Source of the DNA: a virus
Length of the DNA: 64,000 nucleotides
Strand: one strand, 5' to 3'
IMG/VR virus record: IMGVR_UViG_3300008262_000047
In this document: piece after piece, positions 9,087-18,852 of the stretch
Numbering within the stretch: the first letter of the stretch is position 1
How the letters are laid out: each line of letters opens with the position of its first letter
Translations under genes and position numbers: made by a program
Notes under the pieces: model-generated
Told to the model about the DNA's origin: nothing
Seen by the model: the letters and a program-made list of their open reading frames with translations, nothing else
Database searches by the model: none

Positions 9087-10130
9087 ATGAAAGTTGCCAT
9101 AATCACAGATACACATTTTGGTGCGCGAAATGATTCACAGCATTTCGACGCCTATTTCCGAAAATTTTATGATGAAGTATTTTTCCCATATCTAGATGAA
9201 ACGGGAATCAAAACTCTTTTGCATTTAGGGGATGTATTCGATAGAAGAAAGTACATCAACTTCAATACACTACGTTCATGTAAGGAATATTTTTTCGAGC
9301 AACTAAAGATACGTGGTATTGACATGAAGGTGATTCCTGGCAATCATGATACATATTATAAGAATACAAATGAAGTGAATAGTTTAGATTTATTGTTACG
9401 GGAATATCATAACATTGAAATCATTGAAGACCCAACCATCACACAATTAGATGGTCGCACAGTATCTTTTATTCCTTGGATGTGTGCAGAGAACTATGAT
9501 GCCTGTATGAAAGTCATTCAACAACCTGCTGAGTTATGTTTTGGGCATTTTGAAATTGCCGGATTTGATATGTTTCGTGGGGCAAAGAATGATGGAGGTA
9601 TGGATAGACAGGTTCTGAAAAACTATTCAATGGTACTCACAGGACATTTCCATCATCGTAGCACTGATGACAATGTATATTACTTAGGAAGTCCCTATGG
9701 GTTCACATGGAGTGACTATGATGATAAACGAGGATTCCATGTATTGGATTTAGATACATTGGACCTACAATTAATAGAAAATCCATTTGAAATTTTTCAT
9801 AAGATTTATTATGATGACCGCGAGAAAACCATTGATGCATCCAAGTATGCAAAGGCATGTGTGAAATTGATTGTTGTCCATAAAAATGATTATCAAAAAT
9901 TTGACAAACTGCTTGATGCGTTGTATATTAATGAAGTGATTGAATTAACTATCCACGAAGATTTTTCAGAATTTGAGTCTGAGGCATTGGATAGTGAGAC
10001 GGTGAATATTGAAGATACAATGACACTTCTTTCTGAATATGTTGATTCCGTTGAATCAGCCAAAGACAAGAATAAATTGAAAACGTTGCTGAAAACCTTA
10101 TACGTTGAGGCACAGAATCTTGAACTATGA
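9087..10130 (+). CDS. gp47 recombination nuclease (Mre11-like)
   Basis: DTHFG, GDVFDRRK, GNHD, GHFH. Confidence 0.93.
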   Translation: MKVAIITDTHFGARNDSQHFDAYFRKFYDEVFFPYLDETGIKTLLHLGDVFDRRKYINFNTLRSCKEYFFEQLKIRGIDMKVIPGNHDTYYKNTNEVNSLDLLLREYHNIEIIEDPTITQLDGRTVSFIPWMCAENYDACMKVIQQPAELCFGHFEIAGFDMFRGAKNDGGMDRQVLKNYSMVLTGHFHHRSTDDNVYYLGSPYGFTWSDYDDKRGFHVLDLDTLDLQLIENPFEIFHKIYYDDREKTIDASKYAKACVKLIVVHKNDYQKFDKLLDALYINEVIELTIHEDFSEFESEALDSETVNIEDTMTLLSEYVDSVESAKDKNKLKTLLKTLYVEAQNLEL

Positions 10131-11839
10131 TACATTTTAAAACCGTTCGATGGAAAAACTTTCTCTCAACAGGGAATGCATTTACTGAAATAGAACTTAA
10201 TAGACGCCCCACAACTCTTGTTGTGGGTGAGAATGGTAGTGGCAAAAGTACGATGCTTGATGCCATTTGTTTTGCTTTGTTTGGTAAACCTTATCGTAAC
10301 ATTAATAAGCCACAACTTGTCAACACCATTAATGGCAAGCATTGTTTGGTTGAGATTGAATTTTCTATTGGCGGGAAAAACTATAAAATCAATCGAGGTA
10401 TCAAGCCTGGTATTTTTGAAATCTGGGTGAATGGTACACTTCTCAATCAAGATGCTGCATCACGGGACTATCAGAAATATCTTGAAGATAACATTTTGAA
10501 ATTGAATTTTAAATCATTCACACAAATTGTTATTCTGGGTTCAGCATCATTTACTCCCTTCATGCAATTGCCCGCGGCATCTCGGCGTGAGGTGATTGAA
10601 GATATTTTGGATATCAAGATATTCACATCCATGAATATTGTGTTGAAGGATAAAATCACAGAGTTGAAGAATAAATTACATGATGTCGAAGGAAAAATTT
10701 CTGTGGCGAAGTCAAAGGCTGAAATTCAACAAGAGTATATCAAAACGTTGGAACAAGACCGTGATGCACGAATAGAAGAATTGAACGCTAAGATTCAGGA
10801 GGCACTACATGAAATTTCTGAAAAACGTATTTTATGCGATGGTATTGATGCTCGAAGAAATGATTATCTTAATAGCATTGGGGACCTATCTAGTATCACA
10901 GAAAATCTCCGAGAAGCTGTTCAACAAATCAATGAATATGAAGTAGGTTCAACAAAACTGGAAAAAGAAATTTCATTCTATCATAACAATGATACATGCC
11001 CCAAGTGTAAGCAGGGTATCGGACATGATTTCAAGAATGAAGTAATTCAAGAACATCAAGGCGAACTCTCACAGATTCATGCACACATCAATGCCATTGA
11101 GAACACTAAGAAGGAGTTGGAAGTTCGCTTAAAAGAAATTGGTAACGTCAATAAAGAAATTTCAAAGCTCACTGATGAAGTGAACACCATTAAGAATGAA
11201 ATTAATTCAAGTGAACGATTCATTCAACGTCTAGAGTTGGAAAAGGCGGATGTCTCACAGAAAGTTGGAAACATTGAAGTAGAAAAAATGAAGTTGAAAG
11301 ATTTGGCAAAAGACACCATGGCGATTGTCAAAGACCGATTAGAACTCAATGAACAATCTGATTATTATGACATCGCCTCAGTCTTATTGAAAGACTCAGG
11401 TATTAAAACAAAAATTATTCGTCAATATTTACCTGCGATAAATAAACTTGTGAATAAGTTCTTAACGTCTATGGACTTCTTCGTACAGTTTACTTTAGAT
11501 GAGAAATTTGATGAAGTTATTAAATCGCGCTATCGGGATGATTTTAGTTATGAAAGCTTTAGTGAAGGCGAGAAACAAAGAATTGACTTGGCGCTTCTTT
11601 TTACGTGGCGTACAATCGCCAAGCTCAAGAATTCTGCTAGTACTAATCTCCTTATTCTTGATGAAGTATTTGATAGCAGTTTAGATACAACTGCAACCGA
11701 ATATGTCATGCAACTATTAAACACGTTGGGTGATGGGACAAATGTATGGGTCATCTCTCATAAAGGCGACCAATTGTTTGATAAGTTCACGCATGTCGTG
11801 AAATTTACAAAGAAACAAAACTTTTCTGTTATTGTATAA
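10127..11839 (+). CDS. gp46 recombination ATPase (Rad50-like)
   Basis: GENGSGKS, CPKC hook, FSEGEK, LDEVFD. Confidence 0.95.
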   Translation: MIHFKTVRWKNFLSTGNAFTEIELNRRPTTLVVGENGSGKSTMLDAICFALFGKPYRNINKPQLVNTINGKHCLVEIEFSIGGKNYKINRGIKPGIFEIWVNGTLLNQDAASRDYQKYLEDNILKLNFKSFTQIVILGSASFTPFMQLPAASRREVIEDILDIKIFTSMNIVLKDKITELKNKLHDVEGKISVAKSKAEIQQEYIKTLEQDRDARIEELNAKIQEALHEISEKRILCDGIDARRNDYLNSIGDLSSITENLREAVQQINEYEVGSTKLEKEISFYHNNDTCPKCKQGIGHDFKNEVIQEHQGELSQIHAHINAIENTKKELEVRLKEIGNVNKEISKLTDEVNTIKNEINSSERFIQRLELEKADVSQKVGNIEVEKMKLKDLAKDTMAIVKDRLELNEQSDYYDIASVLLKDSGIKTKIIRQYLPAINKLVNKFLTSMDFFVQFTLDEKFDEVIKSRYRDDFSYESFSEGEKQRIDLALLFTWRTIAKLKNSASTNLLILDEVFDSSLDTTATEYVMQLLNTLGDGTNVWVISHKGDQLFDKFTHVVKFTKKQNFSVIV

Positions 11840-11848
11840 CGAGGACCT

Positions 11849-12385
11849 ATGACTTTGAAACTTGAAGATTTGCAATTAATTCATTTTGCTGACCCACGTA
11901 TGACCACAAAGCCCCCTGAGTTTGATTTCCAGAAGGATGGCGATATTGCAGAGGAGTTGGCAACGATACTCCATAAGCGAATGTTACAGTTGGGAGGATT
12001 AGGATTATCAGCCAATCAAGTGGGCTTACCTTATCGTGTGTTTGTTTTTGGTAATGCCGAACAGCGATATGCCTTATTCAATCCCATTGTGATTGGTGTA
12101 AGTAGAGAACAGACCACAATGGAAGAAGGATGTCTGTCATTCCCAGGATTCATGCTGACATTACAGCGCCCATCTGAAGTTACCGTGGAATATCAAGATG
12201 TGTCTGGTACAACTCAACGCATGTCATTTAAGAATATTGCTGCCCGTGTGGTGTTACATGAATATGACCACATGGAAGGATTAAACTTCACACATCATGC
12301 ATCAAACTTTAAGTTGCGTTGGGAACTAAATAAATTAAAGAAAAAGAACAAGAAACTTCAACGCAGGATGAAACATGGCAAGTAA
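11849..12385 (+). CDS. def: peptide deformylase
   Basis: GLGLSANQ, EGCLS, HEYDH. Confidence 0.92.
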   Translation: MTLKLEDLQLIHFADPRMTTKPPEFDFQKDGDIAEELATILHKRMLQLGGLGLSANQVGLPYRVFVFGNAEQRYALFNPIVIGVSREQTTMEEGCLSFPGFMLTLQRPSEVTVEYQDVSGTTQRMSFKNIAARVVLHEYDHMEGLNFTHHASNFKLRWELNKLKKKNKKLQRRMKHGK

Positions 12386-12758
12386 TGATTTTGATTTTGG
12401 CTTTACATTCACAGACGATGAATTTTCTTCATCCTCCACATCGTCAGGCACACCTCAACCTGCCATTGTTGACCCAGAATTTAAAGATGAACTTTTTCTA
12501 AAGATTCAAAAATTAGAGCAACAAATTGAAGCTCTAACTGAAGGTGATACAAATGATTTGATTGAACAGCATAAACAATTACTAACAAAAGAAATACGTG
12601 GCAAGTTACAAGAAGTTGAACAATTGATCCTCCCGCTTCTTTACAATCTGCAAAAGAATCCTGACAAGGAATATATTCATTGGCCGAATCGTAAAGACAT
12701 TATTCAAAAACAAATTGAACGTATTCAACAGGTGACGAGACATTATGGACAAGACTGA
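12375..12758 (+). CDS. conserved phage hypothetical
   Basis: DFDFGF N-terminus, PLLYNLQKNPDKEYIHWPNR; coupled to neighbours. Confidence 0.6.
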   Translation: MASNDFDFGFTFTDDEFSSSSTSSGTPQPAIVDPEFKDELFLKIQKLEQQIEALTEGDTNDLIEQHKQLLTKEIRGKLQEVEQLILPLLYNLQKNPDKEYIHWPNRKDIIQKQIERIQQVTRHYGQD

Positions 12759-13359
12759 AATTATGGCAGGTAATAACATTACCGCTTTTACCGACCGCCC
12801 TATCTCAAAGGTGCACAAATTCTATTTGTCGGGAGATATTAAATCACCCGCTGAATATGTACAATGGTTTGAAACCATTAGAAATTCAAGTGAGAACGAT
12901 GTGATTGTAGTTCACATTAATAGTTATGGTGGCGACTTATTTACGGCAATTCAATTTATGCGTGTATTTGCTGAATCAAAGGCAAATGTTGTGGCATCAG
13001 TTGAAGGTGCATGTATGAGTGCTGCTACAATCATTTTCCTTTCTGCCAAGCATTGGGAGATTAGTAATCATTCCATGTTCATGTTTCATAACTATACCAG
13101 CGCAACCATTGGCAAGGGCGGCGAAATGTATGACAACATAATTCATGAACGCAAGTGGAGTGAAAAACTTTGGCAGGATATCTACAGTGGGTTTTTAACA
13201 GCAAATGAAATTAAATCAATTCTTGATAGCAAAGATATTTGGATGTCAGGTGAAGAGGTTTCGAAGCGGTTACAAGAAAAATTTGCACCGAAATCTCTGA
13301 GAACGCCTAAGAAAACCCCTAAAAAAGTCACGAAAACAGTAAAAACCAAGAAGAAATAA
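12745..13359 (+). CDS. ClpP-like protease
   Basis: HINSYGG, CMSAAT (catalytic Ser), FMFH, DIWM. Confidence 0.85.
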   Translation: MDKTEIMAGNNITAFTDRPISKVHKFYLSGDIKSPAEYVQWFETIRNSSENDVIVVHINSYGGDLFTAIQFMRVFAESKANVVASVEGACMSAATIIFLSAKHWEISNHSMFMFHNYTSATIGKGGEMYDNIIHERKWSEKLWQDIYSGFLTANEIKSILDSKDIWMSGEEVSKRLQEKFAPKSLRTPKKTPKKVTKTVKTKKK

Positions 13360-13363
13360 GTCT

Positions 13364-13428
13364 CGTAAGTGCTTATTTTTCAATAACTTACGTCAGGGCT
13401 TGACAAACGGCTTATCGGGTGCTAGATT
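13364..13428 (+). promoter_or_regulatory. early promoter with upstream palindromic box (inverted copy)
   Basis: GTAAGTGCTTATTTTTCAATAACTTAC 13365-13391; TTGACA 13400, 17 nt, TAGATT 13423. Confidence 0.75.
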
Positions 13429-13471
13429 ACTAGTATCCGATAAGCCTTCGTGACCTTCAAAGAGGTATACT

Positions 13472-15733
13472 ATGTCGAACGTCCTAGACAACACAAAGTC
13501 AACCCTAGGCAAGCTCCTAGCGGCAGAAAATATTCGCATCGAGCATCGGCAGGTTCGAGGCCCCAGCTTCGATGTTAAGAACCGAGTTCTGGTTCTCCCC
13601 ATCTGGAAGGAAATTGACGCTGACCTGTATGACCTCATGATTGGTCATGAGGTTGGTCATGCTCTCTACACACCTACCGATGGTTGGATGGATCGGGTAC
13701 AGGAGCACGGAAAGAATTTCAAGGGTATTCTTAATGTTGTTGAGGATGCTCGCATTGAAAAGCTCATGAAGCGTAAGTTTCCGGGTCTGCGGAAGCCCAT
13801 GTATAATGGATACACCCAGCTTGTGGAGCGCGGGTTCTTCGGTGTCGGTCTGGATGATATGAAGCATCTCCCGTTTGCTGACCGTGTGAACGTGCATTTC
13901 AAGCTCGGTCCTCGCGCAGGTATTACATTTACGGATGCTGAGCAAAATCTTGTTTCTCGTATTGAGAATGCCGAGACATGGGATGAGGTGATGTCCTTGT
14001 CTGAGGAGCTGTTTGCGGCAGCGGATGGGGAGTTCAATGATATTTCCGATGACATTTTCGACAACCTCGATGCTCTGTCTGACGCCATTGACAACATGGA
14101 TGAAGGCGGCGAGGGCGAGGGCACGGGCGAAGGGTATGGTGAATATTCCAGCGATACTCCAGGTAGTGGCAAGACGCTGCAGGATGTTATAGACCAGCTT
14201 CGCGCCGCAGGTAAGGATAATGCTGCCGACAAGCTGGAACGCATGTCCAAGAGCAATGCCTATCGTAGGATGATGACGGAATGGGCTGAGAATCAGGAAA
14301 TGGGATCCATCACTGACGAGGCTCTTGAGGCTAATCAGGAAAAGCTCATTGATGAGGATGCCTATCCTAATACATATATTTTCTGGCCTGAATTGAATCA
14401 CAAGGATTATGTAATCCCTGCCCGTGTGGTGCATCAGCAGATGCGGTCTGAATACAAGCCGGAATATTTGGCGAAGGAGAATGACCTATACAACACCTTC
14501 ATGAGCACCAATCGTAATTACATTAAGTATTTGGTTAAGGAGTTTGAGCTAAAGCGAAATGCCAAGCAGTTCGCCAAGGCGCGTGTTAGCAAGACGGGTA
14601 AGCTGAACACGGAAAAACTTTGGCGCTATCAGATTTCAGAGGATCTGTTCCTACAGTCAACCGAAATTCCCAATGGGAAGAATCATGGAATGCTTATGGT
14701 TATTGATTTGTCAAGTTCCATGACTGAAAACATGGCAGGTACCATTGAGCAAATCATTAATCTTTCCATGTTTTGCCGAAAGGTGAATATCCCCTTCGAT
14801 GTGTATGGGTTCATTGACACCTCAGCTGAAAAGGATTTCATGTTGTCGGGTATTACACGCTCTGAGAGCAAGCATCCAATTTTCGGTACGATGTATCGCA
14901 CATGTCCTAACGACAATCGTGACCGATCCATTCAAATTAACAATGTTGATTTTCGCTTGAAGCAGTTGCTCCATTATAACATGGGTGCTGCAGAATTTAA
15001 CGTGTCGGTGAAAAATCTTCTTCTCTTGGCTAACGCCTATAAGCGTTCGGCAAACTATTACTATTATTCTTCAAGCTCCCACCATGTCCCCCCTTCGATG
15101 CATTTGGGTGGGACTCCATTGAACGACGCTGTTTTGGTTCTTCGCTCGCTTGCTGAGGAATTCAAGAAAAACACCCGTGTGGAAATTCTAAACACGGTAC
15201 TGCTTACTGACGGTGAAGCATCATATGGATTGGCGTTCAAGGATGGTGAGCAGATGGGTAACGCCGGTGGAATGTACCGGGGTCGGATTGTGATTGAGGA
15301 TCGCAAGACAAAGAAGCAGGTCATGGTGTCGAAGTGTGGTAACATCACGTTGGCACTTCTTGAAATGTATCGGCAGCATACAGGTTCGCGGGTGGTGGGT
15401 TTCTATCTGATGTCAGGTCGCAACTATCGCAGTCAGGTGATGGGAACCTTGACGCGAAATAATCCTGAATTCAATCAGGAAGTGTTCGATAAGCAGTATG
15501 CCGATGAATTCGCAAAGTACAAGTATTTCGGTATGAAGCTCGCCGGGTATGATGTATACTACATGGTGCCAGGTGATGAACTAGAAGTTGAAGATGTGGA
15601 TATGGATACAGTCCTCAAGAGCTACAAGGATGGCTCAAAGAAGGGGTCTCTGCTCAAGGCATTTAAGAAAATGCAAAATACGAAAATGATTTCGCGTGTA
15701 TTCTTAAATAGGTTCATTGAACAGATGGCGTAA
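13472..15733 (+). CDS. CobT-like protein: HExxH domain plus C-terminal VWA
   Basis: GHEVGHAL, NVVEDARIE, MIDAS DLSSSM, GGTPL, LTDGE. Confidence 0.85.
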   Translation: MSNVLDNTKSTLGKLLAAENIRIEHRQVRGPSFDVKNRVLVLPIWKEIDADLYDLMIGHEVGHALYTPTDGWMDRVQEHGKNFKGILNVVEDARIEKLMKRKFPGLRKPMYNGYTQLVERGFFGVGLDDMKHLPFADRVNVHFKLGPRAGITFTDAEQNLVSRIENAETWDEVMSLSEELFAAADGEFNDISDDIFDNLDALSDAIDNMDEGGEGEGTGEGYGEYSSDTPGSGKTLQDVIDQLRAAGKDNAADKLERMSKSNAYRRMMTEWAENQEMGSITDEALEANQEKLIDEDAYPNTYIFWPELNHKDYVIPARVVHQQMRSEYKPEYLAKENDLYNTFMSTNRNYIKYLVKEFELKRNAKQFAKARVSKTGKLNTEKLWRYQISEDLFLQSTEIPNGKNHGMLMVIDLSSSMTENMAGTIEQIINLSMFCRKVNIPFDVYGFIDTSAEKDFMLSGITRSESKHPIFGTMYRTCPNDNRDRSIQINNVDFRLKQLLHYNMGAAEFNVSVKNLLLLANAYKRSANYYYYSSSSHHVPPSMHLGGTPLNDAVLVLRSLAEEFKKNTRVEILNTVLLTDGEASYGLAFKDGEQMGNAGGMYRGRIVIEDRKTKKQVMVSKCGNITLALLEMYRQHTGSRVVGFYLMSGRNYRSQVMGTLTRNNPEFNQEVFDKQYADEFAKYKYFGMKLAGYDVYYMVPGDELEVEDVDMDTVLKSYKDGSKKGSLLKAFKKMQNTKMISRVFLNRFIEQMA

Positions 15734-15740
15734 TACTGTG

Positions 15741-15812
15741 AAGCCCTACGTAAGTTGTTGAAAAATAAGCACTTACGTAGGGCTTGACAGACGAGAGAAA
15801 TGGTGTTATATT
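15741..15812 (+). promoter_or_regulatory. early promoter with palindromic box in a perfect 15-bp inverted repeat
   Basis: AAGCCCTACGTAAGT/ACTTACGTAGGGCTT; TTGACA 15784, 17 nt, TATATT 15807. Confidence 0.8.
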
Positions 15813-15864
15813 TATAGTATAATCTGAGATGTACACTTCATCATTCAAGCACACAGGAGTAAAC

Positions 15865-16943
15865 ATGACCCGACTCATTGATGCCCTTCGCGCTACTGGT
15901 AAGACCGAGTTTTCTCGTCCTGATGTTCTCACGGTCGCCCGTGAGGTGGGTGAAAGTCCCAATGTGTTTTTGAATGACCCAGCATACAAGGTTCGGCGCG
16001 GCGTCTATGCCATCACGCCTACAAGCACTTCAAATTATACGCCTATTCAGGCAGAGGCACCTATTGTGAGTAATGCATCTACAATGTATCTATCGCAGCC
16101 GAAGCTCAAGATTGAGGTGGACAACCTTGTACCAAACAAGGATAGCACCTATGTACCTTTCGGGTTTCATAAGGATCTCATGACCATCCTCGCCTCCAAG
16201 CAATTCTATCCCGTGTTCATTACAGGATTGTCTGGTAATGGTAAGACCACCATGGTGTTGAAACTGACGAGGATGACCTCATTGGAGGCAATACTCTTGT
16301 GGATGGCAACGTGGTGTATCGTGAAGGTCCCGTGACCATTGGGATGAAGCGCGGCGCTGTGGTCATTCTGGACGAGAGCGACCGCGGCAGTAACAAGCTG
16401 ATGTGCCTACAGGCAATCCTTGAAGGAAAGCCGTATTTCAATAAAAAGACGGGCGAGATTATTCACCCTGCCCCAGGTTTCAATATCGTGGCAACGGGTA
16501 ACACCAAGGGTCAGGGTTCTGACGATGGTAAGTACATGTCCGCACAGATTCTGGACGATGCACTCCTCGAGCGTTTCGCTGTGACCATCGAACAGGAGTA
16601 TCCTAACTCCCGGGTGGAGAAGAAGATTATCATGAAGAAGATGGAGCGTGTGGAAAAGGTGGATGAGGATTTTGCCGACAAGCTGGTGGCATGGGCAGAA
16701 ATCATTCGTAAGACGTTCATGGAGGGTGCTGTGGATGAACTCATCTCCACGCGGCGTCTGGAGCATATCGTGAACGCCTACGCTATGTTTGGTGACCGTC
16801 TCAAGGCAATCAATCTCTGTATTGCTCGATTCAATTCTGAGACCAAGGCGAGCTTTCTCGACCTCTATACAAAGGTGGATGCAGGTGTCACGATGACCCC
16901 AGCCGAACAGGCTGAGGGGTATCCCGATGACATTCCCTTCTAA
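15865..16943 (+). pseudogene. CobS/MoxR-like AAA+ ATPase, frameshifted at ~16256 with apparent short deletion
   Basis: Walker A GLSGNGKT in one frame; VETDEDDLIGG, ILDE, LERF, ISTRRL continue in another frame from 16257. Confidence 0.8.
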
Positions 16944-16953
16944 TAGGTGATAT

Positions 16954-17565
16954 ATGGAAAACCCAATGGTGAATTATTCTAAAATCATCGCTGAAACAAA
17001 TAGTAAAATGTATAATGTTCGGGATGAATATAAGAATAATAGTGTTGAAGAAAACATTGCCATTTGCAATAAGGAACACTTGAAGTTCTCGGTGGGGTGT
17101 ATTAACATTACAGGAGAACTCAACATTGGGATGATGATTCGGTCAGCGTGTCTATTGGGTGCAGAGAATTTCTATATCTTTGGGCGTAATAAGTTTGACA
17201 GACGCAGCACAGTTGGTGCTGAGAATTATATTAACATCGTTCAATATAGTTATGACGACCCGATACACGCCGACGCCGAAATCAATGAACGATTGGAATA
17301 TATGTTGAAGTGGAACACTGTGGTGTTGTGTGAACAGGGCGGCGATGAAATTGGATCACGAAAAATGGCGTTGAAATATTCGGAAGAAATAATAAATCCG
17401 TTGTTCGTATTCGGTTCAGAGAGTCATGGTATTCCTCCGCTAATAACTACTAATGAACACTTTTATAAAGTGAGTATTCCTCAACGTGGAGTCCTTCGTT
17501 CGTTTAACGTGAGTGCTGCCATGAATATCATTGTGTGGGATTACATCAAGGAGATGCATCTATGA
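16954..17565 (+). CDS. SpoU/TrmH-family RNA methyltransferase
   Basis: NIGMMIRSA, FVFGSESHG, SIPQRG..SFNVSAA. Confidence 0.88.
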   Translation: MENPMVNYSKIIAETNSKMYNVRDEYKNNSVEENIAICNKEHLKFSVGCINITGELNIGMMIRSACLLGAENFYIFGRNKFDRRSTVGAENYINIVQYSYDDPIHADAEINERLEYMLKWNTVVLCEQGGDEIGSRKMALKYSEEIINPLFVFGSESHGIPPLITTNEHFYKVSIPQRGVLRSFNVSAAMNIIVWDYIKEMHL

Positions 17566-17717
17566 TTACCGCTATCAAATTCTGGATTGCAAAAGTCCTG
17601 GCTGACATGATTATGTTCGTGGCAATTTTTGGTGTGCTTTTTCTATTTTATGCTATTATGATGGCGTGGGTTAAATGGGACGTTTATCGGATACGGAAAA
17701 CTTTGAAGAAACTATGA
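17562..17717 (+). CDS. small membrane protein
   Basis: AAGGAG RBS, one long hydrophobic segment, ATGA overlap. Confidence 0.55.
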   Translation: MITAIKFWIAKVLADMIMFVAIFGVLFLFYAIMMAWVKWDVYRIRKTLKKL

Positions 17718-17986
17718 AATTGACAAAACTTAAAGAAGCGGGTGTACTATTTTTAATTCAGCTCTTGAATTATTCCATATGGTGTATTAACTTTCGTGCA
17801 GTTGCCGATACACATTATCATACCGCAGCAGCCAGTGATTTTATGCTCGCGTCTATACAATTTTTTGTGATTCGAAAAATTGCTCAGGGTCAAGATAAGT
17901 GGCATCAATGGTTAGGATATGCCTTGGGTAGTGTGGGTGGTAGTTACTTAGGTATTTGGATTTCTGCAACATTCTTTAATGGTTAA
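17714..17986 (+). CDS. small multi-pass membrane protein
   Basis: Hydrophobic helices, YALGSVGGSYLG. Confidence 0.6.
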   Translation: MKLTKLKEAGVLFLIQLLNYSIWCINFRAVADTHYHTAAASDFMLASIQFFVIRKIAQGQDKWHQWLGYALGSVGGSYLGIWISATFFNG

Positions 17987-17987
17987 T

Positions 17988-18155
17988 ATGAACTTGACAA
18001 AGGACGAACTACTTGTTATGTTAAAGAAGGCCTATTTACGAGGCATTTGGGAACATACAAACCAAAAAGTAATATCGCGTATTAATATGAAGGATCCACA
18101 CCGGATGTTAAATATTCCGGATTCTGTTGTTGAAGATTTAATTGAGGAGAAATAA
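17988..18155 (+). CDS. small hypothetical (55 aa, not in ORF track); contains an internal early promoter
   Basis: MNLTKDELLVMLKKAY...EEK fills the gap; TTGACA 17994, 17 nt, TATGTT 18017. Confidence 0.5.
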   Translation: MNLTKDELLVMLKKAYLRGIWEHTNQKVISRINMKDPHRMLNIPDSVVEDLIEEK

Positions 18156-18157
18156 TT

Positions 18158-18520
18158 ATGGCTAAGGCAGCATCACCGAGGTATCCCACGTTTGTTGTGT
18201 ATGAAGGATATGACAGGGCTCTTGCTCTAGAGTCAGTGGGAAAGGGTTGGGCATCACTCATCAATGAAGTATTTGATTTCATTGAACAGCAAAAGATTAC
18301 GAACATTCGTATCATCCAAGTGAAGGAGAAGTGGGGCGGACTTCGCATCTACACCGACCTGATTCATGATGTTTTGGATGAAAAAATTCGTGACGCTGAA
18401 CGGCGTAGCTTTACAATTTGTGAAGTCTCAGGTGCACCGGGCAAGCTCCGTAACTGCAATGGATGGTATCGCACGTTGTCTGATGCTGAAGGTGGACAAT
18501 ATCCTGTGGTACAGGCATAA
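18158..18520 (+). CDS. conserved phage hypothetical
   Basis: GWASLI, QVKEKWGGLRIY, CEVSG..G; GAGGAG RBS. Confidence 0.7.
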   Translation: MAKAASPRYPTFVVYEGYDRALALESVGKGWASLINEVFDFIEQQKITNIRIIQVKEKWGGLRIYTDLIHDVLDEKIRDAERRSFTICEVSGAPGKLRNCNGWYRTLSDAEGGQYPVVQA

Positions 18521-18852
18521 TGCAGACAACCATTCCCGCTACAAAAATATCAGGAACGGTGAAGATGCTCAATTATCGCTATTCTGAGGATAGAATCCTT
18601 CAGGAAATTCAGGCGTACATTAATAAGACCTATACCCAACATTATTCACGAAACAAGTTTCAAGCATCTGAATTCATTTTTGATAATGGTCACGGTGTTG
18701 GGTTTACTGTAGGTAACATCATGAAGTATGCTCAACGATATGGAAAAAAGAATGGACATAATCGTGATGACATCTTGAAAATCATTCACTACGCTATTAT
18801 GTTACTATACGTACATGACACTTACATTGAGGAGAAACAACATGAAGATTAG
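18520..18852 (+). CDS. DUF3310-like protein
   Basis: TYTQHY, GFTVGNIMKYAQRYGKK, DILKIIHYA. Confidence 0.7.
   Translation: MQTTIPATKISGTVKMLNYRYSEDRILQEIQAYINKTYTQHYSRNKFQASEFIFDNGHGVGFTVGNIMKYAQRYGKKNGHNRDDILKIIHYAIMLLYVHDTYIEEKQHED

Noticed and set aside
13517-14434. 305-aa minus-strand ORF and other long antisense ORFs (19105-19785, 37028-37546, 60947-61423)
   Set aside because: Shadows of well-supported plus-strand genes; no RBS or motifs
16240-16270. Programmed frameshift in cobS
   Set aside because: No slippery heptamer and conserved residues are missing
13472-16943. Cobalamin biosynthesis role for the cobS/cobT-like genes
   Set aside because: No cobN or other cob genes; in T4-like phages this is a generic MoxR/VWA pair
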